Part shown: piece by piece, positions 25,224 to 32,000 of the stretch | How positions within the stretch are numbered: the stretch's first letter is position 1 | Layout: every line of letters starts with the position of its first letter | Assembly (NCBI RefSeq): GCF_051307035.1 | Contig: NZ_CP195536.1 | Coordinates: forward strand, 2,040,001-2,072,000 | Direction: 5' to 3' | Source: Psychrobacter sp. DM4 | GTDB taxonomy: Bacteria > Pseudomonadota > Gammaproteobacteria > Pseudomonadales > Moraxellaceae | Length of the DNA: 32,000 bases | Made by a program: the position numbers and the translations under genes | The notes under the pieces: generated by a model | What the model saw: the letters and a program-made list of their open reading frames with translations, nothing else | What the model was told of the DNA's origin: nothing | Database searches by the model: none

Positions 25224-26414
25224 ATGACGACTATTTCACCGACCAGCGTGTCGATGTATGATTTTCTATATCAAGATACTCAGCCCATAGTCCCCTTACT
25301 AGCTGACACAGCGGCGTTATCTTTATCACAGGCACGCCTCGCTACTACAGCAAGCTTACAAGCTATTGTCAGCGCTTTGCTCGCCTATCATCAGCGTCAT
25401 AATGGTCAGGCCGTTAATAAAAAACTGTTTGGACGCAGTGCAATTAAAGAGCTTCGTCAATATAACTCTATGAACTTTGAAACAATCAAAGCGACACTCT
25501 ATCATCGTCATGATATCGCTGACGCTATCTTTTTGGATAATGCAACTATCGAAAAAGCTTGTACAACTATCGCTACTCAAATTGATAGCACGAACATAAA
25601 GGTCAATACTTTATTGACTTCACTTTGCGCCCTCGTTGTACGCGAACTGGCTATCTTAACAGAATACAGTCAATTGGATAGCGAGGAGCTAGATAAATGG
25701 TTTGCGTTGCAGCCTCAGTTTTTGACAGCGGCGCGTTTTAATCAAATAGACAATACTGAAAACAATAAAAACAGCGTACCAGTAGATTCGACACTATTAA
25801 ATTCGCAGGTTAGCAAGGCGAGCGGAAACTTGCGATCGATACCACCGTTCAATACCTATTGGTATCAAATATCAGGTTTTGATAGTACTCAGATAACGCC
25901 AGTACAAGATATGCAGCAAGCGACCTCCAATTATCTCAAAGCCATTGGGCGCTCAGCTGAAAACACTCAGCGTGATCAGCATGATGACATGCTTATGTTT
26001 GAGCCTATGCCCGCCATTGCGCTACCGCACCAGCGCTGGTTATTGCAACTGGCAAAAATCTCTGATATTTATTTGAGTCGCAACCGTTTACGTATCACAT
26101 CGGAGCCTATAAGTGCCCCTACGCCGCCGTTTGTGAGCTTGGCATTGCTAGGTGGTCATGAGGGTGGTGCAACTGCCACGACTAAAGAGAAGTCTACTCG
26201 ATTCGATAAACCATACCCACTTTGGAAAAACCCCGTTATTTGGATTACCCTTTTAGTCATTGCTATCCTTGGCGCTCTAGCCATGATTAAATATCAGGCA
26301 AAGCAATCTGCGCTAAATACGAGTACCTCTAAAGCAGTTACAATAAAAAATAAAGCTAACGTCATACAACAAGAAGTGGCTATCGTAGAAGTTAATAAAG
26401 ACGCTGATCATTAA
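25224..26414 (+). CDS. Hypothetical protein with a single C-terminal TM helix
   Basis: It is a long ORF bracketed by a terminator, with no family I can name. A hydrophobic helix VIWITLLVIAILGALAMI lies near the C-terminus and is followed by a Lys-rich tail. Confidence 0.6.
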   Translation: MTTISPTSVSMYDFLYQDTQPIVPLLADTAALSLSQARLATTASLQAIVSALLAYHQRHNGQAVNKKLFGRSAIKELRQYNSMNFETIKATLYHRHDIADAIFLDNATIEKACTTIATQIDSTNIKVNTLLTSLCALVVRELAILTEYSQLDSEELDKWFALQPQFLTAARFNQIDNTENNKNSVPVDSTLLNSQVSKASGNLRSIPPFNTYWYQISGFDSTQITPVQDMQQATSNYLKAIGRSAENTQRDQHDDMLMFEPMPAIALPHQRWLLQLAKISDIYLSRNRLRITSEPISAPTPPFVSLALLGGHEGGATATTKEKSTRFDKPYPLWKNPVIWITLLVIAILGALAMIKYQAKQSALNTSTSKAVTIKNKANVIQQEVAIVEVNKDADH

Positions 26415-26452
26415 GTCCACTGTACACGTATAATGATTTGTTGTTAAAACGC

Positions 26453-26487
26453 AAAAAGAGGCGCTACAGAAGTAGCGCCTCTTTTTT
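26453..26487. terminator. Bidirectional terminator (hypothetical gene / argG)
   Basis: agaggcgctac (26457-26467) pairs with gtagcgcctct (26472-26482) around a 4-nt loop. It is flanked by aaaaa and tttttt. Confidence 0.85.
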
Positions 26488-26513
26488 ATCTATGGTAATT
26501 CTACATATTTATC

Positions 26514-27752
26514 TTATTTTGATAAGTCGCGACCACGGCTCGCCTCAATAGCCAAACGCAGACCATTTAGGCGGATAAAGCCTTCGGCGTCTTTTTGATC
26601 ATAGGCACCCGCATCATCTTCAAAAGTCGCGATTTTTTCATCGAATAACGAATCATCTGACTTACGACCGACAACGCTTACGCTGCCTTTGTATAGCTTC
26701 ACACGTACCGTACCGTTGACGTATTCTTGTGATTTATCGATCATCGCTTGAAGCATCATGCGCTCAGGACTGAACCAATAACCGTTATAGATAATCTTAG
26801 CGTAGCGCGGCATTAGCTCATCTTTTAGATGCGCAGCCTCTCGATCTAGTGTCAACGATTCAATGCCGCGATGTGCTTTTAGCATGATCGTGCCCGCTGG
26901 CGTCTCGTAACAACCACGTGACTTCATGCCAACGTAACGGTTTTCGACGATATCTAAGCGTCCAATACCGTGCTGACCACCAATCTCATTAAGCTTAATC
27001 ATAATCTCATAAGGCTTGAGGGTTTCGCCGTCAATGGCAACGATATCACCTTTTTTGTATTCTAAATCCATGTACTGCGCTTTATCTGGAGCTTGTTCTG
27101 GACTCACTGACCAGCGCCACATATCGTCTTCTGCCTCGGCATACGGGTCTTCTAGAATACCGCCTTCATAGGAGATGTGTAGCAGGTTGGCATCCATCGA
27201 ATAAGGAGACTTGGTCTTGTTGCCTGCATAATCGATGGCGATATCATGTTCTTCAGCATATTTCATCAAGCTTTCACGGCTCGATAAATCCCACTCACGC
27301 CAAGGCGCAATCGTTACCACATCTGGTGACAGCGCAACCGCACCGAGCTCGAAGCGTACTTGGTCATTACCTTTACCCGTTGCGCCATGGCTTATCGCAT
27401 CGGCGTTGTGTTCTTTTGCAATCTCAACCAAGCGCTTGGCGATTAGTGGACGTGCGATAGAAGTACCTAATAAGTACTCCCCTTCGTAGATAGCATTGGC
27501 ACGGAACATAGGAAACACATAATCGCGAGCGAACTCTTCGCGCAAATCTTCGATATGAATATGTTTGATGCCCATTGCTTGCGCTTTGGCGCGTGCAGGC
27601 TCAACCTCTTCACCTTGGCCGATGTCAGCGGTAAAGGTAATGACTTCAGCATCATAGGTTTCTTGTAGCCATTTGGCGATGATTGAGGTATCAAGGCCAC
27701 CAGAATAAGCGAGTACAATCTTATTAATATTTTTGGGATCGAGCTGAGCCAT
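26514..27752 (-). CDS. argG: Argininosuccinate synthase
   Basis: It contains AYSGGLDTS (ATP PPi-loop) and [18 protein letters not shown] lies 7 nt before the ATG. Confidence 0.95.
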   Translation of the reverse strand: MAQLDPKNINKIVLAYSGGLDTSIIAKWLQETYDAEVITFTADIGQGEEVEPARAKAQAMGIKHIHIEDLREEFARDYVFPMFRANAIYEGEYLLGTSIARPLIAKRLVEIAKEHNADAISHGATGKGNDQVRFELGAVALSPDVVTIAPWREWDLSSRESLMKYAEEHDIAIDYAGNKTKSPYSMDANLLHISYEGGILEDPYAEAEDDMWRWSVSPEQAPDKAQYMDLEYKKGDIVAIDGETLKPYEIMIKLNEIGGQHGIGRLDIVENRYVGMKSRGCYETPAGTIMLKAHRGIESLTLDREAAHLKDELMPRYAKIIYNGYWFSPERMMLQAMIDKSQEYVNGTVRVKLYKGSVSVVGRKSDDSLFDEKIATFEDDAGAYDQKDAEGFIRLNGLRLAIEASRGRDLSK

Positions 27753-28060
27753 AAATAACTCCTATTACAATGGATTGAGAATAAAAAGAATTGAGAGTAA
27801 GAAATAATATCAGGGATTGATCAGTCAATAAGACGCTCAGTGTACATCATAATTGCTACGGGCAAAAGTAACACTGTGCTAAGCTGCTTTTTAGCTCTCA
27901 TTAGAGCTTAATTTTGGCGGTTTTGCCTCAAATACGCAACGAATTATGTACAGATGCCAGTGTGTATATTTAGTCATGCTAGCAAATCTGTTACTATGAC
28001 AGCACTGCGACACTATCAGCCCCTACTTACTTTAATTTTCGTATTTTATTATAGAGTGCT

Positions 28061-29137
28061 ATGAACCCGACTACTGATTCGATGACAGAGATTACCCTTT
28101 TGCAGCCAGATGATTGGCATATTCACTTGCGAGACAACCAAGCGCTAGCGACCACTGTCGCTCATGCAGCGGCAAGCTTCAACCGCGTCATCTGTATGCC
28201 AAACCTAGTCCCTCCAGTCAAAACCTTTGAGCAAGCTCATGCCTATCGCACGCGCATTTTGCAGCATTTGCAAGATAGTGAGTTAAGTGCTGAGCGCAAA
28301 GTCAGCTTTGATCCTCGTATGACGCTGTATTTGACCGATAATACCACCGTACAAGACATCGAAGATGCTGCAAAATCAGGTATCGTCGAGGCTGTGAAGC
28401 TCTATCCTGCTGGTGCGACTACTAACTCAGCTGACGGCGTTACAGATATTAATGGCTGCTTGGATGTCTTTGAAGCACTCGAAAAGTATGACTTGCCGCT
28501 ACTTTTGCATGGTGAAGTGACTGATGATCATGTCGATATCTTTGATCGAGAAAAGCGCTTTTTGGACGACGTACTAGCTCAAGTCATCATTAAATTTCCA
28601 ACGCTTAAGATTGTACTAGAGCACATCACGACTAGCGATGCCGCTGACTTCGTTTTGTCGCAAGGCAATCACATTGCAGCGACGATTACGCCGCAGCACT
28701 TGATGTTCAATCGTAATCATCTACTGCTTGGTGGCATCAAGCCACATTTTTATTGTTTGCCTATCCTAAAGCGTGAACAGCATCAAAAAGTGCTGCTCGA
28801 TGTGGCCACCAGTGGCAACCCAAAATTCTTTTTGGGTACAGACTCAGCGCCGCACGCTACGGATAAAAAAGAGAATGCTTGTGGCTGTGCAGGTTGCTAT
28901 AGCGCAGCCATTGCTATGCCCCTATACGCTACGGCTTTTGATAGCGTAGGTAAGATAGACAAGTTAGAAGGTTTTGCCAGTCGTTTCGGGCCACAATTCT
29001 ATGGATTACCAGTCAATGAGAACACCATTACTATGATCAAAACACCAATGCAGGTGCCCACTGATTATCCTTACTTTGATGGCTCGTCACTCACGCCGCT
29101 TATGGCAGGTGAGACTCTTCCTTGGTCGCTAAAATAG
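28061..29137 (+). CDS. pyrC: Dihydroorotase (homodimeric class II type)
   Basis: It contains [20 protein letters not shown] and FLGTDSAPH. Confidence 0.93.
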   Translation: MNPTTDSMTEITLLQPDDWHIHLRDNQALATTVAHAAASFNRVICMPNLVPPVKTFEQAHAYRTRILQHLQDSELSAERKVSFDPRMTLYLTDNTTVQDIEDAAKSGIVEAVKLYPAGATTNSADGVTDINGCLDVFEALEKYDLPLLLHGEVTDDHVDIFDREKRFLDDVLAQVIIKFPTLKIVLEHITTSDAADFVLSQGNHIAATITPQHLMFNRNHLLLGGIKPHFYCLPILKREQHQKVLLDVATSGNPKFFLGTDSAPHATDKKENACGCAGCYSAAIAMPLYATAFDSVGKIDKLEGFASRFGPQFYGLPVNENTITMIKTPMQVPTDYPYFDGSSLTPLMAGETLPWSLK

Positions 29138-29184
29138 TAAAGCCTTAATTTATCTATACTTTATAAAAAGTGACGTAACCTGAT

Positions 29185-29982
29185 ATGACCACTCAAAATA
29201 ATAGCTCTTTTGATAATAATACAAAGGCTTCTACGATGGACGCTAGTGAGACTAAAGACAAAAATGATGCAGCGAGCACTGAGATAGCTGACGGCGAAGC
29301 AACAGAATCCTTATCACCAATGACTTTAAAAGAACGCTTTCGTAAGTTTTTACCCGTCGTCGTTGATGTTGAGACCGCAGGGTTCAACGCGCAGACCGAC
29401 GCACTATTAGAGATAGCTTGTATCCCTATCTTATTGAATAAAGACGGCGTGTTTTATCCAGGGGAGGCATTGAATGCTCATATTGAACCCTTTGCAGGAG
29501 CAAATCTAGAGCCGAGTGCTTTAGAATTCACAGGTATTGACCCAAACAACCCAATGCGTAAAGCGATCGCTGAGGACGAAAAAACAGCGCTACGACGTAT
29601 CTTTAAAGGTCTAAAAGAAGTACGTAAAGCAGAAGATTGCCGCCAATGCGTGCTCATTGGTCATAATGCTCATTTTGACTTAAACTTTTTGAATGCTGCG
29701 GTACTACGCACCAATAGCAAAAACAACAACCCTTTTCATCAGTTCTCAGTGTTTGATACGGTGACTCTCGCAGCAGTCGCTTTTGGTCAAACAGTGCTTG
29801 CGCGCGCTTGTAAGGCGGCGGGTCTTGACTTTGATGGCAACGATGCTCATTCAGCGCTCTACGATACGCAAAAGACTGCTGAGCTGTTCTGTCATATTCT
29901 CAATCATTATCCTATGCTGCCAAATGCATTGCACGCAGAACATGCAAACGCCGATTCAGACGATAGTGCCAACCAAGTATAA
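29185..29982 (+). CDS. rnt: Ribonuclease T
   Basis: The DEDDh motifs are present: VVVDVETAGFN, HNAHFDLNFL and HSALYDTQKTAELF. The start is uncertain: 29185 gives a 45-aa acidic/polar extension, while the ATG at 29320 (MTLKERFRKFLPVV) matches the length of E. coli RNase T. Confidence 0.9.
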   Translation: MTTQNNSSFDNNTKASTMDASETKDKNDAASTEIADGEATESLSPMTLKERFRKFLPVVVDVETAGFNAQTDALLEIACIPILLNKDGVFYPGEALNAHIEPFAGANLEPSALEFTGIDPNNPMRKAIAEDEKTALRRIFKGLKEVRKAEDCRQCVLIGHNAHFDLNFLNAAVLRTNSKNNNPFHQFSVFDTVTLAAVAFGQTVLARACKAAGLDFDGNDAHSALYDTQKTAELFCHILNHYPMLPNALHAEHANADSDDSANQV

Positions 29983-30287
29983 TTAACATGTAATTTTAGT
30001 TTACGAGCACTGGTTTATCAGCCAATGTTAATGGATACTAATAAGTCAAAGACTAAAGTTAATTTGTGGTTCAAAGCTTAAAAACCTTTTGACCATAATC
30101 AATTTTGATAAAACCTTTAGTATGTACTGATGACTTTACCATCTCGAATTCAGCTGATAAGCAGGTCGCTATTTTTGATCACTAAGATTACAAAATATCC
30201 TGATTATAAAATATCCTAGAGATGATTTAAGTCACTCATCTAGTCTTGATGGTTAATGACGTCAAGCTTATCGAGAGGGACTTCGTT

Positions 30288-30485
30288 ATGGAACCACACT
30301 ACATGATATGGGGTACTATCATCGGCTATATGATACTAGCCTTGACAATTAGTGCTATTACTTCGCTATGGATTCGCTATCATCTCAAACGCAAAAACCT
30401 TCATCCACGGCGCGCGCTCAAAAAAAGATACTTGATGCTAAAAAAACGTCGAAAAAAGCTTGACAGTAAGCATAGACGCTATTAG
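30288..30485 (+). CDS. Small hypothetical membrane protein with a poly-basic tail (uncertain)
   Basis: The ATG at 30288 is preceded by gagaggga 7 nt upstream. It has one TM helix (IWGTIIGYMILALTISAITSLWI) followed by RKNLHPRRALKKRYLMLKKRRKKLDSKHRRY. The tRNA promoter is embedded in its 3' end. Confidence 0.35.
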   Translation: MEPHYMIWGTIIGYMILALTISAITSLWIRYHLKRKNLHPRRALKKRYLMLKKRRKKLDSKHRRY

Positions 30486-30488
30486 AAT
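30460..30488 (+). promoter_or_regulatory. Near-consensus sigma70 promoter of tRNA-Glu
   Basis: TTGACA (30460-30465), a 17-nt spacer, then TAGAAT (30483-30488), about 50 nt upstream of the mature tRNA 5' end. Confidence 0.65.
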
Positions 30489-30538
30489 GTGCACCACTTC
30501 AGCGTAAATGGTGAAAGCAGCTGAAGGTGTAGTACCTA

Positions 30539-30614
30539 GTCCCCATCGTCTAGAGGCCTAGGACACCGCCCTTTCACGGCGGTAACGGGGGTTCGAATCC
30601 CCCTGGGGACGCCA
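30539..30614 (+). tRNA. tRNA-Glu (anticodon UUC)
   Basis: The hand-folded cloverleaf has acceptor GTCCCCA/TGGGGAC, anticodon stem CCGCC/GGCGG with loop CTTTCAC, and T arm GGGGG-TTCGAAT-CCCCC. The CCA end is encoded. Confidence 0.95.
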
Positions 30615-30638
30615 TACATAAAAGCTCGTAGAGTTTTC

Positions 30639-30681
30639 AAACCTTTAAATTCATATTAGAATTTAAAGGTTTTTTTGTTTT
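30639..30681 (+). terminator. Terminator of tRNA-Glu
   Basis: aaacctttaaattc pairs perfectly with gaatttaaaggttt over 14 bp, followed by tttttgtttt. Confidence 0.85.
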
Positions 30682-30704
30682 GGCTCACTTCAGATTTTTC
30701 ACCT

Positions 30705-30730
30705 AAAAAAGCTGACAATAAATGTCAGCA
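30705..30730 (-). terminator. Terminator of the BLUF gene
   Basis: gctgaca (30712-30718) pairs with tgtcagc (30724-30730). On the - strand this is followed by tttttt. Confidence 0.6.
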
Positions 30731-30747
30731 TTATTATTTAAATTTTC

Positions 30748-31368
30748 CTAGAATTTATCAGCCATTAATAGCCAAGGTATAGTCATAATAACCAGTATGG
30801 CCAATACCGACTGAATCAAAAAGAAAGCTTGATGCTCTCCAACAACTTTGCTCAAAGTCACGCCTAAGGCACTATATTTGACAGGCTGAGTATCTATACC
30901 GCCCTTTTTACCTTGATCATCATAAAGGTTATGTAATACCTCTAAAAACTGAAGGTGCTCATCACAGTTCCAATCATAAGGCTTAAAAGGCATCAGGGCT
31001 TTGATTCTAAGATCTTTGACCATACAGCGTTCAAGTACAATAGAACGTAGAGACCATCCCATGAAATGACGCTCAACAGTCTCAGAAAAATCCAATATTT
31101 TCAAGTCTCGATGACGATCATCTAATAATAAGCGGTTTTTTAAGTTCGTTAGGTCTTGCTCTCGACCTTCAACACACTGAAAAAAATATCCATTACCGTA
31201 ACAAAGAATGCCTGTTATGTCGTCAGCATCGTTATTCTCTGTTGCTACCTTTGCGATATCATTAAGTGTGCTAGCGCCTACAAGCCCAGCAGTTGTAATG
31301 CGACTGATATATACGAGCCGATAAAGATCTTTGGTATCTGAAGTTGTCATATCAATCACAGGTGACAA
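30748..31368 (-). CDS. BLUF-domain (blue-light sensing, FAD) protein with C-terminal TM helix
   Basis: LYRLVYISR...ITGILCYGNGYFFQCVEGRE...DDRHRDLKIL...FMGWSL matches the BLUF fold (compare Acinetobacter BlsA). The TTG start at 31368 sits 7 nt after AAGGAG. The C-terminal helix is AFFLIQSVLAILVIMTIPWLLMA. Confidence 0.85.
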   Translation of the reverse strand: MSPVIDMTTSDTKDLYRLVYISRITTAGLVGASTLNDIAKVATENNDADDITGILCYGNGYFFQCVEGREQDLTNLKNRLLLDDRHRDLKILDFSETVERHFMGWSLRSIVLERCMVKDLRIKALMPFKPYDWNCDEHLQFLEVLHNLYDDQGKKGGIDTQPVKYSALGVTLSKVVGEHQAFFLIQSVLAILVIMTIPWLLMADKF

Positions 31369-31613
31369 TCAGCCTCTCCTTATTATTAATTTTGTAAAAC
31401 AATAACGATTAAAGTTGCTTCTAAATTATTGATTTAACGTACTTTATATTTATTGTATTAAGTTGGTTACATCATAGGCCACTTTAGTCAATAAAGCAAA
31501 ACTTAATTTTTATATAGCGTTTATAGATATAATTAACAATACAATTGAGAGTGCACTTGATAAATACTAAGTATAGTAGAGTGCGTTGGATGACAAGAGC
31601 GTGACATTTGTCA

Positions 31614-32000
31614 TTAGAGTTCAGAAATTTTTTGTAATTTTATGATGGACGATACAAGTAAAGCATCATCTGCAAAGGTAAGTTTGATGTTTTGGCGGCT
31701 ACCTGCAACGAGACAAATGGGCAGATCCAAATGCTCAAAAGCGCTTGCTTCGTCAGTGATACTAAGATTGTGATGAGAGATATAATCCAATACATTTTTT
31801 AGCTCACTGACTCGGAATACTTGCGGAGTCTGCGCTTGCCAAATGTTTTCACGATCAATAGTGCGCGCAATATAATGGGTTGATTCTTTATGATTACCCT
31901 GATCTTGAGGTTGGGCTTGTTTTAGAGTATCTGCCACCGGCGTAGCTAAAATAGCACCATATAATTCAGTCTTGGCAGTTTCGATGACTTTATTTATATC
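31614..32000 (-). CDS. ispD: 2-C-methyl-D-erythritol 4-phosphate cytidylyltransferase (C-terminal part; 5' end outside the window)
   Basis: The frame is open to base 32000 (DINKVIETAKTELYGAILATPVADTLKQ...IWQAQTPQVF...). The M at 31937 in the track is an internal GTG. Confidence 0.8.
   Translation of the reverse strand, partial: DINKVIETAKTELYGAILATPVADTLKQAQPQDQGNHKESTHYIARTIDRENIWQAQTPQVFRVSELKNVLDYISHHNLSITDEASAFEHLDLPICLVAGSRQNIKLTFADDALLVSSIIKLQKISEL

Noticed and set aside
27773-27820. Three (g/a)attga motifs in the argG-pyrC divergent region (27773, 27789, 27815), considered as ARG boxes for ArgR.
   Set aside because: The spacing and sequence do not form the palindromic TGAAT-N4-ATTCA arrangement of an ARG box. 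The resemblance is limited to AT-rich half-site fragments.
14-31341. Many track ORFs of 60-120 aa lie antisense to, or out of frame within, well-supported genes. They are 14..211, 174..386, 522..737, 1131..1319, 2799..2987, 7388..7612, 7395..7625, 7967..8152, 7990..8232, 9120..9434, 9359..9583, 10302..10643, 11809..12003, 13689..13919, 15416..15709, 15556..15819, 15876..16070, 16926..17291, 18956..19261, 20300..20539, 20572..20772, 21940..22194, 22240..22533, 25356..25580, 27235..27489, 27467..27718, 29193..29387, 29783..29986 and 31156..31341.
   Set aside because: Each is fully nested in a longer ORF with a clear family assignment. Their translations are low-complexity or Ser/Arg/Leu-rich, as expected for shadow frames. 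None has a convincing ribosome-binding site.
30615-32000. Genomic island integrated at the tRNA-Glu 3' end. The BLUF gene and its AT-rich flanks lie downstream of the tRNA.
   Set aside because: I found no integrase and no direct repeat of the tRNA 3' end (ttcgaatccccctggggacgcca) downstream in the window. The tRNA also has its own strong terminator.

Overview
This looks like a chromosomal window from a moderately AT-rich gammaproteobacterium. The gene set and protein sequences remind me of Psychrobacter/Moraxellaceae, which I cannot verify here. I support about 27 protein genes, one tRNA-Glu(UUC), and a set of rho-independent terminators. Most genes are housekeeping: adhP (5' partial), DUF779, tkt, serS, dps, hda, an AI-2E transporter, purM-purN, an aldehyde dehydrogenase with a LysR regulator, long-form isocitrate lyase, argG, pyrC, rnt and ispD (partial). 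I saw no CRISPR array, rRNA, integrase, transposase or obvious prophage gene. The least ordinary stretch is about 1.3-6.1 kb. It holds a NERD/zinc-ribbon protein, a lysine-rich protein built from 11-residue repeats, a SpoU/TrmH-class RNA 2'-O-methyltransferase and a very AT-rich single-gene insert. That insert encodes a DUF3644-like protein with an R-x4-H (HEPN-type) motif. A 15-bp perfect palindrome and a GC-rich, roughly 155-nt imperfect hairpin lie upstream of it. My best candidate for something undescribed is this HEPN-like gene, possibly acting with the adjacent 2'-O-methyltransferase as an RNA-level toxin/immunity pair. That is an inference with real counter-evidence: the two genes differ in composition and a hairpin separates them. 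Other points worth a second look are a BLUF photoreceptor with a C-terminal transmembrane anchor and a Met-to-Leu change at the conserved beta5 position, an orphan terminator between the AI-2E gene and purM, and a near-consensus tRNA promoter embedded in a small basic ORF. Several six-frame ORFs are over-extended at the N-terminus, and I give corrected starts.
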